A stretch of DNA of 64,000 bases from an uncultured Planctomycetota bacterium (GTDB taxonomy: Bacteria; Planctomycetota; Planctomycetia; Isosphaerales; Isosphaeraceae), in assembly GCA_963845755.1 (NCBI GenBank), contig CAWJTV010000002.1, forward strand, positions 1 through 64,000, read 5' to 3'. Both the position numbers and the translations under genes were made by a program. Below are positions 55,116 through 64,000 of the stretch, piece after piece (the stretch's first letter is position 1; each line of letters begins with the position of its first letter). Under the pieces are notes generated by a model that worked only from the letters and a program-made list of their open reading frames with translations, was not told the DNA's origin and ran no database searches.

Positions 55116-55508
55116 ATGCACGAGACCTGCGAACAAACCGCTGAGTTTGTCCTGATCGAGGCCATTGCCGCCGCGCTCCGTGACGAGCTGGGCATCGCGA
55201 TCGAGGACCAACCCGGCTTCGATCACCCCTCCGAAGCCCGTCAGGTCAACCGGGCGTTTTGGGTCATGGCCCGGACCATCCTCCGGCCAAACGCACCGCC
55301 GGACGAGGACCTGCCGGCGTTCCTGAGTCGGGTCCTCGGCCAGCTCGCACGGCGACAGCTCGAAGCAGGTCTGCTCGACGCCCGTGAGATCGATCACCTG
55401 ATTGGTCTGGAGCTGGACGGCCGCGACGACTGGCTCGTCTATCTGATCCTGACGGACTGGTCCAAGATCGAGTATCTCCTCCAGACCCGCGGCCCCTACC
55501 AGGGCTGA
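55116..55508 (+). CDS. Hypothetical protein
   Basis: GAGGAG RBS, 130-aa ORF within the operon. Confidence 0.65.
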   Translation: MHETCEQTAEFVLIEAIAAALRDELGIAIEDQPGFDHPSEARQVNRAFWVMARTILRPNAPPDEDLPAFLSRVLGQLARRQLEAGLLDAREIDHLIGLELDGRDDWLVYLILTDWSKIEYLLQTRGPYQG

Positions 55509-55571
55509 TCCGGACCCGCCCTGATCGACTACGTCCCCAACCCGAACCATCACCATCGACAGGAGGACCTC

Positions 55572-57064
55572 ATGACGCTCGCCGAGCGTTTGGCTGAGTT
55601 CGTGCGCGCCGCCTTCACCGGCCTGTGGATCCAGTCGTTCGAGCACGACGACGCGATCGCCGAGATTGCCCGGCTATGCCGTCAGCAGCGCTGGGCGTTG
55701 GCCACCTGGGATATCGACCGCGGCCTCTCCATCGCCGGACGGTCCGAAGATTCCGCCAGCGTCGTCAATGCCACCGATCCGCTGGCCGCCGTCCGCTCAC
55801 TCAGTGTCATGGCGAATCCCGATGGCACGTCGTTACTCGTCCTTCGTAATTTCAACCGGTTCCTGAACAATATCGAGGTCGTCCAGGCCCTCGACTCGGC
55901 CATCTCCGCCGGCAAGACCGGGCGGACCTTCGTGGTCGTCCTTTCGGCCGTGGTGAATATTCCCGTCGAACTGGAGCGGCAGTTCGTCGTGATCGAGCAT
56001 GACCTGCCCGGCCGCGACCAGCTCGAGCGCATCGCCCGCGGGATCGCCACGGATCCCGGCGAGCTGCCCGAGGGCGATGCACTCACGGCCGTGCTGGACG
56101 CCACGGCCGGCCTGACGCGGGTCGAGGCCGAGAATGCGCTGAGCCTGTCCCTGGTCCGGCACAACCGGGTCACTCCGGATGTGCTCTGGGAGCTCAAGGC
56201 CCAGACGCTCAAGAAGAGCGGACTGCTGACCTTGCATCGGGGCGGCGAGACCTTTGCCGACCTGGGCGGGCTGGAGGCCCTCAAGTCGTTCTGCACCCGG
56301 GCGCTGCGACCCGGTCGGCGGGCCGACGTCCAGGCCGCGGCGTCCTCTTGCTCGGACCGCCCGGCAGTGGAAAGTCGGCCGTCGCCAAATCGCTGGGCAA
56401 CGAGACGGGCCGGCCCACGCTGCTGCTGGACGTCGGGGCCTTGATGGGTTCGCTTATCGGTCAAACCGAGGAGAGGACCCGCCAGGCGCTGAAGATCGCC
56501 GACGCGATGGCACCCTGCGTGATCATGATCGACGAGGTCGAGAAGGCGCTCTCCGGCGTCGGCAGCACGGGCGACAGCGGCGTGTCCACCCGGATGTTCG
56601 GCTCGTTGCTCACGTACCTCAGCGACCACGACTCGGACGTGTTCATCGTCGCGTCAGCCAACGACATCTCGAAGCTCCCGCCCGAGTTCACGAGGGCAGA
56701 ACGCTTTGACGGCGTGTTTTTCCTCGACCTGCCGGGCCAGCCCGAGCGGCAGGCGATCTGGCAGATGTATCTCCGCAAGTTCGGGCTCGACCCCGCTCAG
56801 CGCCTGCCGCAAGACCGTGAGTGGACGGGCGCCGAGATCCGATCTTGCTGCCGGCTGGCGGCGTTACTGGACGTCCCGCTGAGCGAGGCGGCGTCGAACA
56901 TCGTCCCGGTTGCGGTGACGGCCGGCGAGGCCGTGGAGAAGCTCAGGCAGTGGGCCAGCGGGCGGTGCCTGTCGGCCGAGCGGCCGGGGATCTACTCACG
57001 CGAGAACAATGGTATGCCCAGGTCGGGACGGAGCGTCCATCGCGGCGATCCGTCAACCAACTGA
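55572..57064 (+). CDS. Ycf46-like AAA+ ATPase (frameshift near 56340)
   Basis: Degenerate N-terminal AAA domain, FADLGGLEALK, LGPPGSGKS, MIDEVEK, ANDISKLPPEFTRAERFD, WTGAEI. Confidence 0.88.
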
Positions 57065-57305
57065 CAACCACTCCGGCCGGCATCGCGATCGCCGGCCGAG
57101 ATCGGGTGACGTAATCCCCTCGCCTCCTGGCTCACCGGCCCTGGAGAACGAGGGTGAGACCGGATATCGCCAAGCTCCTTGCATCTGTACCCCGGCCGGT
57201 CGCTCCCTTCGGGAGAGTCAGCCGGGCTCTCTCATTCATCCCGCTTCGAACGGTTCAACCACGGACCGTTCCCGGCGGGAGCGGTCCCCTCATCAGGAGA
57301 CCGCC

Positions 57306-57923
57306 ATGTCCATCGCATCGTTGAACGACGCCCAGGGCGAGTTCACAGCCCACCTGCCGGTGGTCGAGAACGCCACCCGCTTCGCCTTCCGCCGCCTGAA
57401 GCTGAGGCGACAGGACTACGAGGACGTCCTGGCCGAGACCATCGCCGCCTGCTGGAGCGCCTGGGTCGGACTGATTTCCCGCGGCCGGGACCCGCTGGAG
57501 GTCGGCGTCTCCGGCATCGCCAACTACGCCGTCCGCTACGTCCGGAACGGGCGCCGGATCGCAAACCGGTCGGGCGGCCGGGGGGCCATGGACGTCTACC
57601 ATCGCAAGGCACAGAAGGCCCGGGGATTCCAGGTCATCAACTCCGGCGGAAGCGACGAGACCATCGACGCGGCCGAGGCTGGGGTCTGGAGCAACTGCTG
57701 CACCCCGGCAGACGAGGCGTGCTTCCGCGTTGACTACGCGGCCTGGTTGGAGGTCCTGGCACCGCGGCGTCGGCGGACGGCTGAATTGCTCGCCGCGGGG
57801 CACGGGACGCTCGAGGTGGCTCAGGAAGTGGGAGTGACGCCCGCCGCGATCAGCCAGGCGCGGTCCTGGTTGCACGAGAACTGGCGAAGGTTCCAGGGCG
57901 GCGAGCCGGCGGCATGCGGCTGA
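57306..57923 (+). CDS. Sigma-factor-like HTH protein
   Basis: AGGAG RBS; EDVLAETIA..W, TPADEACFRVD, TLEVAQEVGVTPAAISQAR. Confidence 0.65.
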   Translation: MSIASLNDAQGEFTAHLPVVENATRFAFRRLKLRRQDYEDVLAETIAACWSAWVGLISRGRDPLEVGVSGIANYAVRYVRNGRRIANRSGGRGAMDVYHRKAQKARGFQVINSGGSDETIDAAEAGVWSNCCTPADEACFRVDYAAWLEVLAPRRRRTAELLAAGHGTLEVAQEVGVTPAAISQARSWLHENWRRFQGGEPAACG

Positions 57924-58011
57924 CGGCCCGTACTTCGGGGCGGATGGCGTCGGAGTTATCTCCAATCCTGAAGCATCTCGGGAGATGACCACTTCCTGCG
58001 TCCTCCCTCCG

Positions 58012-58101
58012 GACTCTGGAAAACCGTCCGCGAAATCCGCAAAATTCGCGAAACTCGGTCCGAGAGGGGGATTTTCGCGAATAACGCGGATTCTGCGGAC
58101 G
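58012..58101. repeat. Palindromic repeat, copy 1 (three 9-mers, spacer, three inverted 9-mers)
   Basis: GACTCTGGAA..GTCCGCGAAATCCGCAAAATTCGCGAAA..TTTTCGCGAATAACGCGGATTCTGCGGAC. Confidence 0.8.
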
Positions 58102-58202
58102 ATTCTCAATGCAGGTACGACCCGCCTGGAGTGCCATGATTGGCGTCTGCTGAGCCGTGGATGGCGCGCCAGCCGGGAGCCATGGGGGGCAAGCGAGCTG
58201 AA

Positions 58203-58673
58203 ATGGCGGAGGACGTGCCGAGCCTGATAAACTCGATCACGGGGTCGGGATCGGTGGACAGCAAGGGTTTCGATGGGGCGACGGCAATGGACGAGGACCT
58301 GGTAGGCGATGACGTAAAGATCCTCAACTACACGATCGTCTTCACGAAACGCGACGCCGAGGCGGTCCTCCAGACCGATCGGGAGGAGATCGTAGACTAT
58401 CCGACCGACGAGGCTTCGTTCGCCGGGCTCAAGGTAGCCGAGTTCCTCGAGCGCGTTGAGCGGGACGGCATCCCGTGGCCTGCGGACTGGATGGAGCCTC
58501 CGGGCGACGGATACCCGGCCGTGGGCCAGCCGATCAGGCAGATTCCGGAGGGTGACCGAAAGTTCCTCTTGGTCAGCCTGAGTGTGAAGTCGCGGCGGCC
58601 GAAAGCGGTAGCTGAGTTCGATAGGGACCGCACCGAAGTGCTTCGCCGGATCAGAGCGGTGAACACCGAGTGA
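58203..58673 (+). CDS. Hypothetical protein between the two palindromic repeats
   Basis: 156-aa ORF with globular-looking sequence (DEDLVGDDVKILNYTIVFTKRDAE). Confidence 0.65.
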   Translation: MAEDVPSLINSITGSGSVDSKGFDGATAMDEDLVGDDVKILNYTIVFTKRDAEAVLQTDREEIVDYPTDEASFAGLKVAEFLERVERDGIPWPADWMEPPGDGYPAVGQPIRQIPEGDRKFLLVSLSVKSRRPKAVAEFDRDRTEVLRRIRAVNTE

Positions 58674-58899
58674 CTGTCGTCGTGGGCGAGGAGTGCGTGG
58701 ACCAGAACGCAATCACACTCTGGAGTTGACCTGGGAAGTCGGGATGTCACTCCTTCCCGCGGCTGGTATCAATCGGCTCTGAATATGGTGCGTTCCTCTT
58801 CCTTGGAGACATCGTCCAAGAGCACGCCCCACGTGAGACTCCCGAGGAGGGAGAGCCAGTGTTCGTTCGGGTCAGTCCGCTCACAGTAACCTCAATTCA

Positions 58900-58986
58900 G
58901 ACTCTGGAACCTGTCCGCAAGATTCGCAATATTCGCGAAATTCAGTCCGAAGGGCATTTTCGCGAATTACGCGGATTTTGCGGACA
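58900..58986. repeat. Palindromic repeat, copy 2 (same orientation as copy 1)
   Basis: GACTCTGGAA..GTCCGCAAGATTCGCAATATTCGCGAAA..TTTTCGCGAATTACGCGGATTTTGCGGAC. Confidence 0.8.
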
Positions 58987-59280
58987 CATCCTTATGATAC
59001 CGATCGGCAACTCAGTGCCAATGCCGATCGTCAGGCGAGCGCCCAGAACAGAGTCTCCTTGGTTTCTTCCAACCCAGGGCGAACGAAACCGTCTTCTTCC
59101 TTGCCGCGTTCTCCCAAGGAGCGACGCAGTCCGGAATCTTGTTCCTCGTTGCGATCGAGCGAGGAACCTCGCGCAGGGTTTACCACCCTCGAACTCGGCT
59201 GTCTGACATGAGCCAGCTTTGAGGTGCTACCTGTCGGTTCGTTGCGCTCCTTGGCTGTGGCCCGCCTCGGTGTCGTCGGA

Positions 59281-59511
59281 CGAATGGCACTAGCTTAAGC
59301 GTAACTCGTTTTCAGAAAACGAGTTGTGTCGCGACGGTTTGCCCATTCATAGTATTCAGGAGGATATGAGGTTGGGTCCATGTGGCTTGATTTGAGGCTA
59401 AACTCTCTATCAATATTACAAGCGAATATCTACAATCGTTGAAAACATGTCTGGAGATCCGCACTTAAGCTCAAATGGCATAAAGTGTTACGCTTAAGCT
59501 AGTGCCATTCG
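59281..59511. mobile_element. MITE, 231 bp
   Basis: Perfect 25-bp TIRs CGAATGGCACTAGCTTAAGCGTAAC (59281-59305; 59487-59511), 10-bp target duplication TGTCGTCGGA (59271-59280; 59512-59521), AT-rich non-coding interior. Confidence 0.93.
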
Positions 59512-60181
59512 TGTCGTCGGACCGAAGCGCGAAGCGCTGATTCCACTGGCCCCATCCGCACATAGGGGAGAGAGAGTCAACGAACCCTCGATTTCCGGGT
59601 CCGTCTCGTGCCTCGGGAGAGCCAGCAGATCAGAAACAACGCTCGGCGATGGGCCCTGGTTCGAGTGCGGGCGAGCGGCTGCGAATGACGCGTCGGAGGG
59701 CGTCGCTGTCGAGGGCTGTGGGTCGCGACGCTGTCCGTTGCGATCCCCAGGCCGCTGCCGCTGACGACGAAGAGAGAGGCCCCGACATGAGGCGTCCCGG
59801 CTCGCGCACCGGGCCGTGGGCACCGACCTCCGTGACCCGGCTCGGGGAGGCGGAGCGGCGCTCGAACGGACGACGCGGCGGAGCCGTGTCGCCAACCGAC
59901 CGCAAGGTGGACGCCGTGGGACTTCGGGGCGTCGTCGCCTTTGTCCGGGCTTCGCCGCCACTTTCCCTCCCCGATTACCCCGGCAACGAAGATCCGCGCC
60001 AACCGGATACGAGCCCGAAGCGCCGGCGAGTGAATCCCGGCAGCGACCATCGATTCACTCGCCGGCGCTTTGGGCTCGTATGGGATCTCCTTCCTTGCCG
60101 GGGTCATACCGGACGATGGGAAGACCATCGGCTCACCGCCCCGGGGCCGGGTCGGGACCGCGGGAGCGGCGACCGCTCAAT

Positions 60182-60610
60182 TCAGGAGGTCCAGAAGTCC
60201 GTCGACTTCTTGTTCGAGGTCGTCGGGGCCTGGTAGAAGAACCAGTCGGTGCCGCTGCCGGCCGTCAGGGTGATGGCGTACTTCGCGTTGTAGTTGACCG
60301 TCAGCAGCGGCCGGATCTGGGCCTGGCCCGACGCGTTCGGGTTCTTCGACCAGATACTCAGGATGTCGCGGAACGAGGATCCGGAGCTGACGGCCGCCGA
60401 GCCGTCGATCAGGATGTTGTTGCCGTTACCGACCTTGATCGTGTGCCGCCCCAGGCCGCCGACGATCAGGTTGTTGCCGTTGCCGGCCGCGACGGTATCG
60501 TTGCCGTTGCCTTCGACCACGACGTTGCTCCCGTCGCCGGGCTGGATGGTGTCGTTGCCGTTGCCCACGGTGACGGTAGTGTTCCCGCCGCCGGCCGAGA
60601 CCGAGCCTCG
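60182..60610 (-). pseudogene. Orphan C-terminal fragment of an RTX-like calcium-binding repeat protein
   Basis: GNGNDT/GNGNN repeats, ILSIW, AGSGTDWFF; no convincing start; lies just after the stop of the upstream gene. Confidence 0.6.
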
Positions 60611-60624
60611 CGACGGCCTCGGGG

Positions 60625-63600
60625 TCAGAGGACCGTCTCGACCTCGCCCGACTTTTTCGTCACCTTGTCGTTGCTCCAGGCGAGGAACCAGTTGTTGTTC
60701 TGCGACTGGGTGCTCCCATCCTGGAGGGTGTTGGCCTTGCCATCCTGCGACACCGTGCTGCCGTTCAGCGCGTCGGCGCCGCCGGTCCCCACGCCCGCGA
60801 AGATCTTGCCGATCCGCGTCGCGTACGAGTCGCTCGAGGTCCACTCGGCCAGGATCGCGTCGAGGGCCGCGATGTTCGCGGCGGTGTCCGCGTCGTAGCT
60901 AGTCGTCCCGCTGACCAGGATGTCGTTGCCGCCGCCGGTCAGCGTATCGCCGCCGGGGCCACCGCCGATCAGGATGTTCATCCCGCTGCCGCTGTCGGTC
61001 AGCTTGTCGCCGCCGCCATTGCCGATGAGGATGTCGTCGCCGGAGCCGGACGCGGTCAGCGTGCTCTTGCCGGCGGTGCCGCCATAGACGATGGCGCCGC
61101 CACCGCCGTTGACCGTCAGGTTGGTCGGGCCGTTCGAGAACCCGCTGGCGTTGACAATCGCGGTGGGATTGCCGCTGGCCGTCGTCACCGTCAGGTTCGC
61201 CTTGGCGAACCCACCCAGGCTCAACGTCCCTCCGCCGGCCAGCGCCAGCGAGGTGTTCGTCAGCGTGACGCCGGCGGTCTCCGTCGCCTTCAAGGTCTCC
61301 GTATTGGACGTCAGGCTGCTGCTCAGGCTGCCGTTGCCGGTCCAGCCCGCCACGGTGAAGGTGTGGCCGGTGCCCGTGTCGGTGAGGTTCGCCGTGGTGA
61401 TCCCGGAGAGGGTCAGCGACTGGTTGCCGACCGACAGCGCCGTGTTCGACAGCGCGAAGCTGCCCGAGGCGCTGTTGACGACCGTGTCGGACGTACCGCT
61501 GAGCGATCCGGCACCGGTCCAACCGGTCACGGTGAAGACATGACCGCCGCCGCTGGTGTCCTGGAGGTTCGCCGTCTTGAAGCCGGCCAGGGTCAAGGAA
61601 CCGCCGGCCATCGAGGACAGCGCGGCGTTGCTCAGGGTGAAGCCGCCGGCCGCATGATCCACGATCGTCTCCGACTCGCCCTTGAGCGCCCCGCTCCCCG
61701 TCCAGCCGGTGACCGTGAAGGTGTCGCCGCCGGTCCCGGAATCGGTCAGCTTGGCCGTCGTGAACCCGTTCAGCGCCAGCGTCGTGTTCGGGGCCGTCAA
61801 CTGGGTGTTGCTCAGGGCGAAGGAGCCGGCGGCGGAGTCGGTCACCGTATCCCCGGCCGAACCCTTGTCGGTCAGCGCGCCCCGCCGGTCCAGCCGGTGA
61901 CCGTGAAGGTGTTGCCGCCCGCGGCGCTGCTGTCGGTCAGGTTGGCCGTCTTGAACCCACTGAGCGTCAACTTCGGCAGGCCGGTCACCGCCAGCGAGGT
62001 GTTGGTCAAGGTGACGCTCACCGCGACGCCGTCCGCCAGGGTCTCCGACGCGCCCGTGAGCGACCCGCCGCCGGTCCAGCCGGTGATGGTGAACGTGTTG
62101 CCGCCCGTGCTCGTATCGGTGAGGTTGGCGGTGGTGACCCCGCTGAGAGCCAGCGCCAGGCCGGTGGGCGATGACAGCGCCGTGTTGCTCAGCGTGAAGC
62201 CGCCGGATTCGCTCACCGTCGCGGTGGCCGTCGTCTTGCCGGTCAGCGAGCCCCCGCCGGTCCAGCCGTTGGCCGTGAATGTCTTGCCCGAGGCGGTGGC
62301 CGATAGGTTGGCCGTGGCGATCCCGCTCAGGCCCAGGCTCATTCCGTCGGTCGAGGACAGCGCGGTATTGGACAGGGTGAAGTTGGAGGCCTTGCTCGCC
62401 GCCACCATGCCCGTGCCCGCCGGGGCGGTCAGCGACCCGGTCCCCGTCCAGCCGCTGACCGTGAACGTGTCGGCGGTGGCGCTCGAGCCGGTCAGGGCCG
62501 CGACCGCGATCCCGCTGAGGTTGTCGGTGAAGGTCGATGAGGCGCCGGTCAGCTTGGCGTTGGTCAGGGTGTAGCTCGATGATAGCGACTCCACCACGCT
62601 GTCGCCGGCGCCGGTACCCGAGAGGCTGTTCGTGCCCGGCCCGCCCGTCAGGGCCACGCCCGGCACGCTGCCGGCGTTGAGCGCGTCATTGCCGCTGCCG
62701 CCGATGACCGCCGTGATCCCCGTCACCGTCCCGGTCACGCCCGTGGCCGTCCCGTTGGTCCCGTTGCCGAGGTTGACCGTCACGCCGGTGGTGTAGGCCG
62801 AATCGTTGAGCGTGCTCGAGCCGCCGCCCTGGATGCCGCCGGCGAGCGTCGCCGCCGGGGCGAAGACGAAGGCGTTGGTGCCCGAGTCGCCCACCAGGCT
62901 CCCCGGCGTGCCGCCACTGCCGGTGCCCACGATGTTGAAGGTGTTGGTCGCCCCCTGGACATCGACATTCCGCGTCAGGCCGGTGCCCGGGAAGTTGATC
63001 GTGCTGCCCATCAGACCGTCAGCGGCGCCGAACTGGACCGAGGTGCGGCCGACGGCGAAGACGTCGGTGCTGCCGGGGCCCGACTCGCCGTCGATCGTGA
63101 TCGTCCCGCCGGTGCCGGCGAAGGCCAGCGTGTCGCCGCCGGGGATCGACCCCACGGAAGTCCCGCCCAGGGCGACGTTCAGGCCGGTGTCGCCGCCGTT
63201 GGGCGCGACCACATACTGGTTGCCGGCGGCGACGAGGAAGACCAGGCTATCGGGGGACCCGATGTTCGCATCGCCCAGCCAGGGGCTGAATGCGACGTTG
63301 CCGACGGCCTTCGCGCCCTGGCCGCCCGGATTGGCCGAGTTGGCCGGGCCGGTGCCGCTGCCCCACCAGTCGAACGTGGCCTCGACCGACCTCGCGGACT
63401 GGTTGTCCTGGACGCCCGTGGCGTCGCCGGCGAAGCTGTCGTCGGTGGCCGTCAGGGTCGCCGTGTCCGACGAGCCCGAGCCGACCGCGATGCCGGTCGC
63501 GTCGCTGGCGACGGTGCTGTCGACCACCGGTCGCCCGTCGCGCCGCCCGAAGAGACCGCGATGCCGCCGGCGAAATCGACGACCGTCGTGGCCGTCACGG

Positions 63601-64000
63601 TGAGCAGGCCGCCATGGTCCGTGATGCCCGTGCCGGTCGCCGAGCCCACGAGCGTCAGGCCGGATAGCGAGGCGGTGACGCCCGGATCGATCTGGATGAC
63701 GCCGCTGGTGCCGCCGAAGATGTACAGGCCTCCGGCCGGCCCGGTGATCGAGGTGGCCAGCGCCGTGTCGCTCAGCTCGAGCGCGCCCTGGGTCAAGGTG
63801 ATGAACGGTCCGGCGGGGAAGGCCGTCGGGTCGAACGAGATTGCGGTGCCGGGGAATTGATCGGCCAGGGCGACGGCACCGGGCAGGGTCAGGCCGGCCG
63901 CCGTCGTGTTCGACTGTCGGGGCCGTCGAGTTGACGACCAGCGAGGACTGGAAGGCGCCGATGTTGACGATGCCGCCGCGGATCAGGCCGCGCTGATCGG
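60625..64000 (-). CDS. C-terminal part of a large secreted repeat protein (partial, frameshifted)
   Basis: DQRG..NIGAFQ (choice-of-anchor-Q-like), DWWGSGTGP, many FTVTGWTGxGSL repeats, GGGNDILV RTX-like repeats, AALDAILAEWTS..WF terminus. Confidence 0.85.

Noticed and set aside
57113..57124. AATCCCCTCGCC matching the tRNA T-arm (possible attR)
   Set aside because: 12-bp match inside an operon with no arm sites nearby; likely chance.
58012..58986. Integron attC cassette
   Set aside because: No RYYYAAC/GTTRRRY ends and the integrase shows no recognisable IntI features; kept only as an unexplained cassette-like finding.
18478..64000. Complete prophage or conjugative ICE
   Set aside because: No terminase, portal, capsid, tail, lysis, relaxase or VirB4/VirD4 motifs are recognisable within the window.

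Overview
GC-rich window that looks like a planctomycete (Isosphaeraceae-like; inferred from the LExLExRxLLS export motif, the ECF sigma/Ser-Thr kinase pair and DUF1580-type proteins). Many genes, including housekeeping ones, carry single-base frameshifts that are most likely uncorrected long-read errors. 1-13.3 kb is core genome (trmB, fabZ, TIM-barrel epimerase, two-part pyruvate:ferredoxin oxidoreductase, GNAT, receiver-HATPase, ExbB/ExbD/ExbD). From 13.4 kb the window is accessory DNA at a tRNA-Gly(CCC) hotspot. First is a 4.8-kb integrase-less islet that duplicates the 5' half of the tRNA and supplies a look-alike promoter; it carries a HEPN gene, a poly-Lys-led partner, a PD-(D/E)xK nuclease and an ISKra4-like IS. 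Next is a large element with a tyrosine integrase, excisionase-like HTHs, Sak4-like ATPase, SSB-like protein, primase-DUF3987, a structured origin and a family A DNA polymerase, but no visible virion or conjugation genes. Further right are a RAYT with REPs, a ~13.8-kb surface-protein gene with an embedded vanadium haloperoxidase/PAP2 domain, an ECF-kinase pair, a DUF1257-DUF2997-AAA module, a palindrome-bounded single-gene cassette, a 231-bp MITE and the 3' end of another large repeat protein. All family names come from motif recognition by eye; no database search was run.
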